Below, piece by piece: positions 44,687-53,700 of a DNA stretch of 61,602 nt. This DNA is from a virus (taxonomy: Duplodnaviria; Caudoviricetes), in the IMG/VR virus record IMGVR_UViG_3300046167_000543, positions 1 to 61,602 of that record. One strand, 5' to 3'. How positions within the stretch are numbered: the stretch's first letter is position 1; each line of letters starts with the position of its first letter. The position numbers were made by a program, and so were the translations under genes. A model generated the notes under the pieces. It saw only the letters and a list, made by a program, of their open reading frames with translations. It had not been told where the DNA came from and did no database searches.

Positions 44687-45445
44687 ATGTATTATTTGTA
44701 TCACATACCGGGTAAAAAGATAGGCGTAACACGTGATCTTAATACTCGCGTAACCCTTATACAAGGATATAAGGAGAATGAGTATGAAGTTCTTGAGCAG
44801 TCAGACGATATAGATTATATATCAGACCGCGAAATAGAACTTCAAAAGTCTTATGGCTATAAGACAGACAGGAAATTGTATAAAAATTTATTTAATAAAA
44901 TGAAGATAAACGCAACAGAACAAACCTCAACATTTCCAGTACCTTTAAACAAACTCAAAGGACATTTAATGGATAGCATAGGTTTAAAATGGCGAACGTA
45001 TCACGGCCAGTTCGAGATTAACGAGCAAACAATACCATGGATAATGGCTAATGTTAAAACCTCTATGTATAATGAGGATCGTAGTTACATATATAACAAA
45101 GCTTATTACGAAGCGTTTATAGCTGAACCAGCTTTTGAAACTACAAAAGGTAATGTGTTTGACGATATACGTAGCTGGGCTACTGACAAAGGTATATACG
45201 ATAAAGGTAATGCTAGAACTCAGTATCTAAAGCTTATGGAAGAATCAGGTGAACTTGCAGAGGCGTTACTTAAAAACGACGAAGCAGAAATACAAGATGC
45301 TATAGGTGATATGATCGTTGTACTTACAAGTATTGCTAAATTTAAAGGTATGTTTATTGAAGACTGTATTAAGTCTGCATATGATGTGATTGCTAAGCGC
45401 ACAGGTAAAATGATTAACGGTACATTTGTTAAAGATGCAGATTAA
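44687..45445 (+). CDS. fusion: N-terminal GIY-YIG-like domain + C-terminal MazG-like pyrophosphatase
   Basis: YYLYHIPGKKIGVTRDLNTR; KLMEESGELAEA...DAIGDMIVVL...AYDVIAKRTGKMINGTFVK. Confidence 0.7.
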   Translation: MYYLYHIPGKKIGVTRDLNTRVTLIQGYKENEYEVLEQSDDIDYISDREIELQKSYGYKTDRKLYKNLFNKMKINATEQTSTFPVPLNKLKGHLMDSIGLKWRTYHGQFEINEQTIPWIMANVKTSMYNEDRSYIYNKAYYEAFIAEPAFETTKGNVFDDIRSWATDKGIYDKGNARTQYLKLMEESGELAEALLKNDEAEIQDAIGDMIVVLTSIAKFKGMFIEDCIKSAYDVIAKRTGKMINGTFVKDAD

Positions 45446-45731
45446 AACTAAAGACGAAGTTGTACGCAGAGTACTAGCTAAGATGGATCAGCGTAGTTTG
45501 ATTGGTCAAGAAAAGTACGGTGCTACAATGATGGGTGAGATTAAAAACGAAGTCAAGGACTTAGATAGGTTTTTAGTCGATGTGCAAGAAGAACTAATGG
45601 ATGCTTTGCTTTATATTGAAGCAGCACGATACTGTTTAGGTGATGAGATCGAAGAGGCTATGCTGAAACGAATGAACATCATCGGTCAGAACGGTAATGA
45701 CGGACTACACTATGATAAGGAAGAAGTTTAA
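45435..45731 (+). CDS. all-alpha NTP pyrophosphatase-like protein
   Basis: RSLIGQEKYG...QEELMDALLYIE. Confidence 0.55.
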   Translation: MQIKTKDEVVRRVLAKMDQRSLIGQEKYGATMMGEIKNEVKDLDRFLVDVQEELMDALLYIEAARYCLGDEIEEAMLKRMNIIGQNGNDGLHYDKEEV

Positions 45732-46173
45732 AAAACGTAGTAAAAAACGAGGACCAGTACAAGCAAAGAAGATATCATATGATGGTATCAACTTTGCATC
45801 TGGCCTTGAGCGGTATATGTATATGGCTTTGAAGAAAGCTAAGATACAAGCCGTCTACGAAGGACAGACATACGAGATATTCTCTGGCTTTGATTTTCCT
45901 AACGAGTCTTACGAACGATGTGGTAATGGTAAAGGTGATTACAAAAATAGAGGTAGCAAAAAGATACTGAACATAAAGTATACGCCTGATTTTATTGGCC
46001 AAGGTTTTATTATTGAAACCAAAGGTAGAGCTAATGAATCATTTCCAATACGCTGGAAGATGTTTAAAAGATACGTAGTAGATCATCTACCTGGAGTTAC
46101 ATTATATAAACCACAAAATCAAAAGGAATGCGACGAGACAATACGCCTAATCCTAGACTTGCGAAACAAGTAG
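45712..46173 (+). CDS. T7 endonuclease I-like Holliday junction resolvase
   Basis: FASGLE...YTPDF...IIETKG. Confidence 0.75.
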   Translation: MIRKKFKKRSKKRGPVQAKKISYDGINFASGLERYMYMALKKAKIQAVYEGQTYEIFSGFDFPNESYERCGNGKGDYKNRGSKKILNIKYTPDFIGQGFIIETKGRANESFPIRWKMFKRYVVDHLPGVTLYKPQNQKECDETIRLILDLRNK

Positions 46174-46293
46174 CTAGGCAGAAGTATGCTGAGCGTCAGA
46201 TCGATAAGTTTGTTAAGTGGTCTTGGGATCAGAAAGGATATGTCAAATATAAAGACATTGTAAATGAACACGATAAATACAATATAAAAGTAT

Positions 46294-46428
46294 ATGGCTA
46301 GAGCAAATTTATCAACACACCTGGAGTCTCCTAAAATAAGTAGACCAGGTGTACACGCTAAAACTAGAAACAGTAATAATAAAAAATCTAAAAATTATGT
46401 CAAAAAATACAGAGGACAAGGGCGTTAA
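46294..46428 (+). CDS. small basic protein (44 aa)
   Basis: hand-translated, ends KNYVKKYRGQGR. Confidence 0.5.
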   Translation: MARANLSTHLESPKISRPGVHAKTRNSNNKKSKNYVKKYRGQGR

Positions 46429-46561
46429 AAAGAACTGGACGTTATCATTTGGGTTTTACCCAGGTATATTATTTGGAATGAGAACTTATGAAGAGTCTAC
46501 ACAAACCGCTTACGTTTTTTATTTGCCTTTTATTGACTTTGCTTTTGAAACTTATAAGTAA
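46397..46561 (+). CDS. small hypothetical protein
   Basis: likely start MSKNTEDKG; TAATG coupling to nrdB. Confidence 0.45.
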   Translation: MSKNTEDKGVKKNWTLSFGFYPGILFGMRTYEESTQTAYVFYLPFIDFAFETYK

Positions 46562-47529
46562 TGGGACTGTTTGATGAGCGCGTAGCGTATAAACCTTTTG
46601 AGTACCCAGATTACTACAACGAAGGTTGGTTAAAACAAGCACAGGCATTTTGGTTACACACTGAAATACCCATGCAAGGCGATGTTAAAGACTGGAAAGA
46701 GAAACTAACAGATGAAGAGAAAAATCTAGTGGGAAATATTTTACTAGGCTTTGCTCAGACTGAATGTGCTGTGTCAGATTATTGGACGCAGAAAGTAGTA
46801 GGTTGGTTTCCTAAACACGAGATACAACAGATGGCAATGATGTTTGGTTCGCAAGAAACAATACACGCTGTAGCATATAGTTATTTAAATGAAACACTTG
46901 GACTTGAAAACTTTGAAGCCTTCCTGCATGAGGAAGCAACAGCAAATAGATTTGATAACCTGGTGGGTTACAACGGTGATGACCCACGTGGCATTGCTCG
47001 TAGCCTTGCTGTTTTTTCCGCCTTCGCTGAAGGGGTTAGTTTGTATTCTGCTTTCGCTGTTCTATATTCTTTTCAGCTGCGTAACATGCTTAAAGGAATA
47101 GGGCAACAGATGAAATGGTCTGTGCGTGATGAAAGCCTGCACAGTAAAATGGGTTGTAAACTATACCGCGATATGTGCGCAGAGAATAATCAACTAAAAG
47201 ATCTTTGTAAAAATGATATTATAAAAGCTGCAGAGACCATGGTTGATCTTGAGTACAAGTATATAGACAAGATGTTTGAGATGGGTGACATTGAAGGCAT
47301 TAAATCAAATGATTTAAAACACTTTATAAAGAAAAGAACAAATGAAAAACTGGTTGAGCTTGGTTACACTGACCTTGATTCGTACTTCACGTATGACAAG
47401 GTTGCAGCAGATAATCTTGATTGGTTCTATCATCTTACCGGGGGGCTCACTCATACTGATTTTTTCGCGGTACGGCCGACGGATTATTCGAAAGCTAACG
47501 AAGGTGAGGACTTCGAGGACATTTGGTAA
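46561..47529 (+). CDS. nrdB: ribonucleotide reductase class I beta subunit
   Basis: QETIHAVAYS, EGVSLYSAF, RDESLH di-metal ligands. Confidence 0.93.
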   Translation: MGLFDERVAYKPFEYPDYYNEGWLKQAQAFWLHTEIPMQGDVKDWKEKLTDEEKNLVGNILLGFAQTECAVSDYWTQKVVGWFPKHEIQQMAMMFGSQETIHAVAYSYLNETLGLENFEAFLHEEATANRFDNLVGYNGDDPRGIARSLAVFSAFAEGVSLYSAFAVLYSFQLRNMLKGIGQQMKWSVRDESLHSKMGCKLYRDMCAENNQLKDLCKNDIIKAAETMVDLEYKYIDKMFEMGDIEGIKSNDLKHFIKKRTNEKLVELGYTDLDSYFTYDKVAADNLDWFYHLTGGLTHTDFFAVRPTDYSKANEGEDFEDIW

Positions 47530-47564
47530 ACTAATTAGTGAACAAGAATTAATAGAACAATTAT

Positions 47565-47804
47565 ATGAAAGGTCAGAAACAAAGTAGGACTGATGCGTTA
47601 GAAAAACGTATGGCTGCTACAACAAATGTATTGCAGCAAGTTATAAATGAAATAAATAATTTAAAGACCATGGTTTTTGGTCAGCAAGAAATATTAAAAC
47701 AATTAGAAGGTTACGACGATGCGATCGAAAAGCTTAAAGAGAAAGTGGCTAAAGAGCCTAGTGAAGGAGAGGCGCTTATCTCCGACAGAGAGACTAGCAA
47801 ATAG
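47565..47804 (+). CDS. coiled-coil hypothetical protein
   Basis: 79 aa. Confidence 0.5.
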   Translation: MKGQKQSRTDALEKRMAATTNVLQQVINEINNLKTMVFGQQEILKQLEGYDDAIEKLKEKVAKEPSEGEALISDRETSK

Positions 47805-47991
47805 GCTAGGTTACATGGGGACTGGTTTTTTTATAACTGCTCCCCATTTATTACCTGAAACTCCAGGTGTTGTGATATACTTTTTAGCAGGTTTATTTTC
47901 AATGCCGCAAGTTTGGGTTGCAAAACAATGGAACTTAGTATTAGTTAATTTAAACGTGATGATAGCATACGCATTGCTATTCTTAAAATGA
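47719..47991 (+). CDS. small membrane protein
   Basis: three hydrophobic segments; start uncertain. Confidence 0.5.
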   Translation: MRSKSLKRKWLKSLVKERRLSPTERLANRLGYMGTGFFITAPHLLPETPGVVIYFLAGLFSMPQVWVAKQWNLVLVNLNVMIAYALLFLK

Positions 47992-49754
47992 TGTGGAATA
48001 ATGAATGGAAAAAAGGAGTTGACTACCCAGAGTGGGGAGACACAGACGTATACAAGAAGACTATATCCGGGGGATATTTACTCTACGACGAAACCCCAAG
48101 AGATGCATACCAGCGAGTATGCAAGACAGTTGCACGTAGACTTAACAGACCAGAGCTAAGTGAAACGTTTTTTAATTATATCTGGAAAGGTTGGCTTAAC
48201 CTTGCTAGCCCTGTTCTCAGTAATACAGGCACTGACCGTGGCTTACCTATTAGTTGCTTTGGTATTGATGTAGCAGATAGTATATATGACATAGGAGGTA
48301 AGAACTTAGAGATGATGTTGCTCGCTAAGCACGGCGGTGGAGTTGGCATTGGTATTAATCAAATCAGACCCGCTGGCGCTAAAATTACAGGTAATGGAAC
48401 ATCAGACGGAGTCGTACCTTTCTGCAAAATATATGACTCAACAATACTTGCTACAAATCAGGGATCGGTTAGACGAGGAGCTGCCTCAGTTAATATCAAC
48501 ATTGAGCACGATGATTTTGAAGAGTGGCTTGAGATCAGAGAACCTAAAGGAGATGTTAACAGACAGTCGCTTAACCTACATCAATGCGCAGTTGTTGGTG
48601 ATAAGTTTATGCGACGTCTTGAACAAGGAGATGCGGATGCTAGAGCTCGATGGAGTAAACTTATTAGAAAGCGAAAAGCAACTGGAGAACCGTACGTTAT
48701 GTTTAAAGGAAATACTAACAAAGCAAATCCAGCAGCATACAAAGACAACGCTTTAAAAGTACACATGACAAATATCTGTAGTGAGATTACATTACACACA
48801 GATGAAAGTCATAGCTTTGTTTGTTGCTTATCAAGTTTAAATATATCAAGATATGAAGAGTGGAAGAATACAAACCTTATATACGATGCTATTTGGTTTT
48901 TGGACGGGGTGTTGGAAGAGTTTATACAGAAAGCGAAAGGAAAAGTTGGCTTTGCAAACTCAGTTAGATCTGCGGAAAAAGGCAGAGCGCTCGGCCTTGG
49001 CGTACTTGGCTGGCACACGTACTTACAAAAAAACGGAATACCATTCGAGGGATTAACAGCACAATATGAAACTAGAAGAATATTTAGCCAGATTAAAATC
49101 GAATCTGAAAGAGCGAGTAGAGATCTCGCTGAACTTTATGGTGAACCTCTGTGGTGCGTTGGTACTGGGATGCGTAACACTCATCTTAGGGCTATTGCTC
49201 CTACTGTGTCTAATAGTAAGCTTGCCGGTAATGTTAGTCCTGGCATTGAGCCTTGGGCCGCTAATGTTTTCACTGAACAAAGCGCGAAGGGTACGTTCAT
49301 TAGGAAAAACAAAGAGCTCGAAAAAGTCTTAAGAAAAGCTGGTATTAATACTAAAGAAACTTGGGATAAGATAATGGCTGATGGTGGTAGCATACAAGAC
49401 CTACCTATTGACGACTACGGTTATGTTAATAAAAAACTAGTAGTATTATCTGAGCAAGATAATTTAGAAACCACAGGCTTTGACAAAGTTAAGAACGTGT
49501 TTAAAACTTTCAAAGAGATTAATCAACTAGAGCTTGTTAATCAAGCTGGTATACGTCAACAGTATATAGATCAATCAGTTAGTTTAAACCTAGCGTTTCC
49601 TTCAGAGGCTACACCTAAGTGGATTAACCAAGTACATATGGATGCTTGGAAGAAAGGTATTAAGACCTTATATTATATGCGTACCGAATCAGTACTACGT
49701 GGTGACATTGCTCAGCAAGCTATGGACCCTGACTGTGCTGCTTGCGACGGATAA
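47988..49754 (+). CDS. nrdA: ribonucleotide reductase class I alpha subunit (short, no ATP cone)
   Basis: SPVLSN, PISCF, GGGVG, TNICSEI, IAPTVS, KTLYYMR, C-terminal CAACDG. Confidence 0.95.
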   Translation: MMWNNEWKKGVDYPEWGDTDVYKKTISGGYLLYDETPRDAYQRVCKTVARRLNRPELSETFFNYIWKGWLNLASPVLSNTGTDRGLPISCFGIDVADSIYDIGGKNLEMMLLAKHGGGVGIGINQIRPAGAKITGNGTSDGVVPFCKIYDSTILATNQGSVRRGAASVNINIEHDDFEEWLEIREPKGDVNRQSLNLHQCAVVGDKFMRRLEQGDADARARWSKLIRKRKATGEPYVMFKGNTNKANPAAYKDNALKVHMTNICSEITLHTDESHSFVCCLSSLNISRYEEWKNTNLIYDAIWFLDGVLEEFIQKAKGKVGFANSVRSAEKGRALGLGVLGWHTYLQKNGIPFEGLTAQYETRRIFSQIKIESERASRDLAELYGEPLWCVGTGMRNTHLRAIAPTVSNSKLAGNVSPGIEPWAANVFTEQSAKGTFIRKNKELEKVLRKAGINTKETWDKIMADGGSIQDLPIDDYGYVNKKLVVLSEQDNLETTGFDKVKNVFKTFKEINQLELVNQAGIRQQYIDQSVSLNLAFPSEATPKWINQVHMDAWKKGIKTLYYMRTESVLRGDIAQQAMDPDCAACDG

Positions 49755-49758
49755 CTGT

Positions 49759-49794
49759 AAAAAAAGAAGGGGACCTCGCTATGAGATCCCCTTC
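49759..49794 (-). terminator. intrinsic terminator at convergence of the two arms
   Basis: gaaggggacctc-gctat-gagatccccttc with A7 on the left (U-tract on minus strand). Confidence 0.8.
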
Positions 49795-49841
49795 GGTTAC
49801 AGGAACTGTTGGGTATGGTACGCCCAGTTTATTTTTGTTCC

Positions 49842-49919
49842 TTATTTATATTTTTTAAACATAAGCTTGTACAGTAAACTATTCCAAGCTGCTTGTAACT
49901 TATCTACTAATCTCCGCAT
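49842..49919 (-). CDS. possible 25-aa amphipathic peptide
   Basis: MRRLVDKLQAAWNSLLYKLMFKKYK; overlaps upstream stop; last ORF before terminator. Confidence 0.3.
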   Translation of the reverse strand: MRRLVDKLQAAWNSLLYKLMFKKYK

Positions 49920-50314
49920 GGCTTTCCTGTTGCAACGTTAATCCAATTTTCTTTTTCAAACCAATCACGTAGTGTTGCGCCTTTCTTACGAGCGCCTTTT
50001 ACGTTTGATTTACTAGAGCGTTTATAATCTCCTTTAGATGCCGCGGATCGTTTAGCTCTAATCACTTTATCCCTTTCAGCTTTACTCATTGATCTTACCT
50101 TAGAAGCAGGTAGACAAACCTTTTTAGTTCCACCACCTTTTACTTTAGATTTTTTATTTAATGGCGATCTTAGTTTAGCTGCATCAGCTAGAGCTTTATC
50201 GTTACCAGTACCAATACCATAAGCTGAAACTCTTTGTCTCATCTTATTAGTCTCTGGGTTATGTAATACACTAGCGTAACAATGCGCTAAAGGGCTTTCG
50301 TTTAACTTTCTCAT
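49907..50314 (-). CDS. basic phage protein
   Basis: 135 aa; LRDWFEKENWINV...GKPCG. Confidence 0.55.
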   Translation of the reverse strand: MRKLNESPLAHCYASVLHNPETNKMRQRVSAYGIGTGNDKALADAAKLRSPLNKKSKVKGGGTKKVCLPASKVRSMSKAERDKVIRAKRSAASKGDYKRSSKSNVKGARKKGATLRDWFEKENWINVATGKPCGD

Positions 50315-50547
50315 TTGTCTAGTTTTTTCATTGCCTTGTTTCTAGCACACGCCATTTTTTTAGCGTAGCTAGGATTTTTCTTTTTATTAAAAGCTATTTG
50401 TTGATTTAAACTACCAACAATTTTCTTTTTATTTCCTTTACGACTTTTAATTAACCAGTTAGCTAAGTCACCACAGTTTAAATCTTTAAACTTACCATTA
50501 GCGTCTGGCGCGTCAGAGTCTTTCCAAGTTAATTTTTCTTTAGCCAT
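50311..50547 (-). CDS. small basic protein
   Basis: 78 aa. Confidence 0.5.
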   Translation of the reverse strand: MAKEKLTWKDSDAPDANGKFKDLNCGDLANWLIKSRKGNKKKIVGSLNQQIAFNKKKNPSYAKKMACARNKAMKKLDK

Positions 50548-50702
50548 TACTTCTTTTTCTTACTACCAAATTTACTAGGTCCACCAGCTTTAGTACAGCG
50601 TACACCCCAACCTGAGGCATAGGCCGATGGCCATACTTTAAATTTCTTTTTTGCCGCGGCTTTACAAGGTCCGCTTATCTTTCCGTATAGTGGTGATCCC
50701 AT
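50547..50702 (-). CDS. small basic protein (51 aa)
   Basis: hand-translated MGSPLYGKISGPCKAAAKKKFKVWPSAYASGW... Confidence 0.6.
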   Translation of the reverse strand: MGSPLYGKISGPCKAAAKKKFKVWPSAYASGWGVRCTKAGGPSKFGSKKKK

Positions 50703-50704
50703 GA

Positions 50705-53700
50705 TTACTTTATTTTAGATTTTTTATATTTACTTTTTCTTGGTTGCGGTTTGTTGCTAGGTTTTTCCTCATCAATACCAATTTCCCAGTCTTGCCAACC
50801 ACCTAATAACGTCAAGCGTTCCCAAGTCTCTAAGTCTTGTGACGTAGCTGTAACCACGTTGTTGGTTTTCTTTATAGCTCTATCAAGAGGTACATTAGTA
50901 AGCGCCGCTATAACATTAGCACTTGCTAAGTAAGCTGGGTTATCTAAGCTCCAACCTTTTTCTTTCATTTCGTCTTTATCCCATTGGTAAGATCTCGCTG
51001 CTTGATTTATACGCGATAGCTTAGCAGATATAGGTGGAGATAGTTTAGTAATTTCATAACCTACTTTTTCAAGCTTAGGTCGTTCCTTTTCCATCTCGTT
51101 TATAATACGGATTATAGCGTTTTTACCTACTGAAACTACAGCACCGCCTAATCCCATACCTCTTAAAAGCGAGTCCATCATACCATTAGCTATACTAACA
51201 TATTTTTTCTTTTGCTCGTCTGTATCTTCTTCATCATCATCAAAAGCAAACGCAAACAAAGCTTGTTGCAACGCGTTAAACAATAAGTTCTGCGCTACAC
51301 CGTAGTATATAATCTTACTTATATTAGTCTTAGCATCGCCTCGGCCATTCTTAAGATCGCTAGCAGCTTTTTTTATAAGTCTAGCATACTGAGCTGGTGT
51401 GTTAGCAAAAGCTAATACAAGACGTCCTAATGGACCTGCTTGTTGCATTGATATTCTATCAGGCCTTGATGACTGTTGCGACTCTTCTGCTGTCTCTCTA
51501 AAGTCTACAAATGCCTGAGCTTCAGCCTCAGCATCTGTCATACCTTGTTTTTTCAAGGACTTAATACGGTTACGATAAAACGCTGAGCCACCTGATGCTA
51601 TAGCAAAGCTATCTGCTATTTGTGTAGGTGTGAAACCAAACTCAAGTAGTTTATTTATAACGCCTTTAGCACCACCTTTCTTAGCCATATCTGCAATATC
51701 AGCTTCACTTACGTTGATACGTAAACCACCACGACGTTCTTTCAAGAAGTCAGAGTTCATAAGCGTCATAAAGTCAGACCAGTATTGTTTCTGGTTTGCA
51801 AAAGCTTTACCCGCAGCTAGTATATTGTTATCAGTGAAGTTAACAAAGTTAATACTAGATATAGTTTGTAGTATTGCTGATCTTGTATTAAAGAACATTA
51901 TAGTACCAATACTACCTGTGACCCAGTCAGTAAATCTACCTGTAAGCGTATCGCCTTGGAAGTTTCTGTTACGACCAGACTTCATACGCTGCAGCATATT
52001 CTCCATAGCTAAGCGATATGGTTTACCGTACGCAGCTTCAAGTTTATTTAAATTCTTTTCAGAGAATATAACATCTGCATTAGTTTGCCACTGCTCTAAG
52101 TACTTAGCTCGCTTAGTGGTGTTAAGACCTTCAAGCATATCAGTTGTAATAGTACCAGCTGGCCAACCTTCTTTAGGCGCCGCGTATTGATCACCTTTTT
52201 GTATAGCAACTAGTTGATCAGCAAAAATCTGTAGCTCAGCATTGTCGCTTACGTACTTACTAAGATCAGCTTGATCTTTCTTACTTATCCCAGGTATAGA
52301 CATACCTTGCTTATCCCATATGTACACGCGTACAGCTTGCTCTCTAGTAAACGGTTCACCTGGAACTTTCTTACGTAGATTTTTAGGTACTATTTCTAAT
52401 TGTTTCTTTAACAATTTGTAGTCGTTCATCATAGATATACGAGCTGATGACAATTCATTCATAGCTCTAGCATATGGGTTTAACAAATGAGTTTTATACC
52501 ATGCCATCTGTTGGTCACCTAATTTACCTTTACCAAGCGTAGCGTATAATAAACCTGTAAAGTCTTCAGCAGATGGTGGTATAAAGAAGTTTAATCTACC
52601 TTTACCAGCCCCAGCTACTTCAGCTTTTACTCTACCATATTCTTTTTCAGATGCTATACCTGTTTTGTTTTCTAGTATATCATTAAAACCTCTATCAAGA
52701 TCAGCTTTTTTACTAAACTTAATTTTAGCTTGCTGTACTTTAGATTTTACATCAAATACATTTAATGCGTCTTGTACTGCTTTAACGTTTTTATACGCAT
52801 CATCTACAAAGAAAAAGTCGTTATAACCTTCAGCAGCTTTACCCGTCATCCAACGTGCTTTAGCCTCTGCTTTACCATCACCAAGCCCTACAATATTTTC
52901 AATAGGCAGGTTAACGCCAAGCGCGTCCATAAATTCTTTGATAGGACCAGCAGCATTAGCAGGTCTAGCTGTAAGTATGAATACATCTTCAGCACCTCTT
53001 GCTTTAACTATATTTTCTATAGCTTTAAATACAGGACCTCTTTTACCGTCAATCACTTTGCTAAACTCCGAGAAATCAAACTGAGCTCCTTGAGCTTCTA
53101 ACTCTCCAGCTCTTGCAGCAAACTGTGTAGCGTTAAGCTTACCAGTTGTACCATCAGGCATCTCGTATAGCACATTGCTGTTAGATCTAGCTAATGTATC
53201 ATCAAAGTCAAATACACGTATCTTTTTAACAGGTGCTTCAGGGTTTCTAGCGTTAGCCATAGCTTTGTCAGCATTACCTAAGTTATCAAGTATTTCTTGA
53301 TTAGGTACTTGCTTACTAAACTTAATAGTGTTATTTTGATTGTTATTACCAACACCAGCTTTAGGTATGGATTTTAATTTAGCAAATTCATTTAATCTAT
53401 CTTGCCCTGTTTTAGCAGTTATATCCCCGCTCAATACTTCTTTTAATATTTTATTTTGCTCAGATACAGTTTCAACATTTACATCACTAGGTTTTAAAGC
53501 AACACCTAGTTCTTCAGCCATAGTTTGACCTGTTTCGTAATTAACAATACTATTAAGATCGATACCAGCTTCAATAAATCTAATAGCAGGGTTGTCTGCT
53601 ATAGTTGTTCCAATAGGTAGCGTAGCATCTAACTTAGCATCGTCTAATTTTTGATCGTCAGCTTTAGAAAGTTTAGTTTGATAATAGTTCTTTTTAATAT

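Noticed and set aside
46561-49754. Introns or inteins in RNR, terminase or helicase
   Set aside because: ORFs are continuous and of normal or short length, with no splice-junction or homing endonuclease motifs.
53195-53220. Virion RNA polymerase catalytic motif (crAss-type DFDID) in the giant protein
   Set aside because: The motif is DFDDT with downstream HAD motifs II-IV, fitting a HAD phosphatase rather than DxDxD of RNAP.
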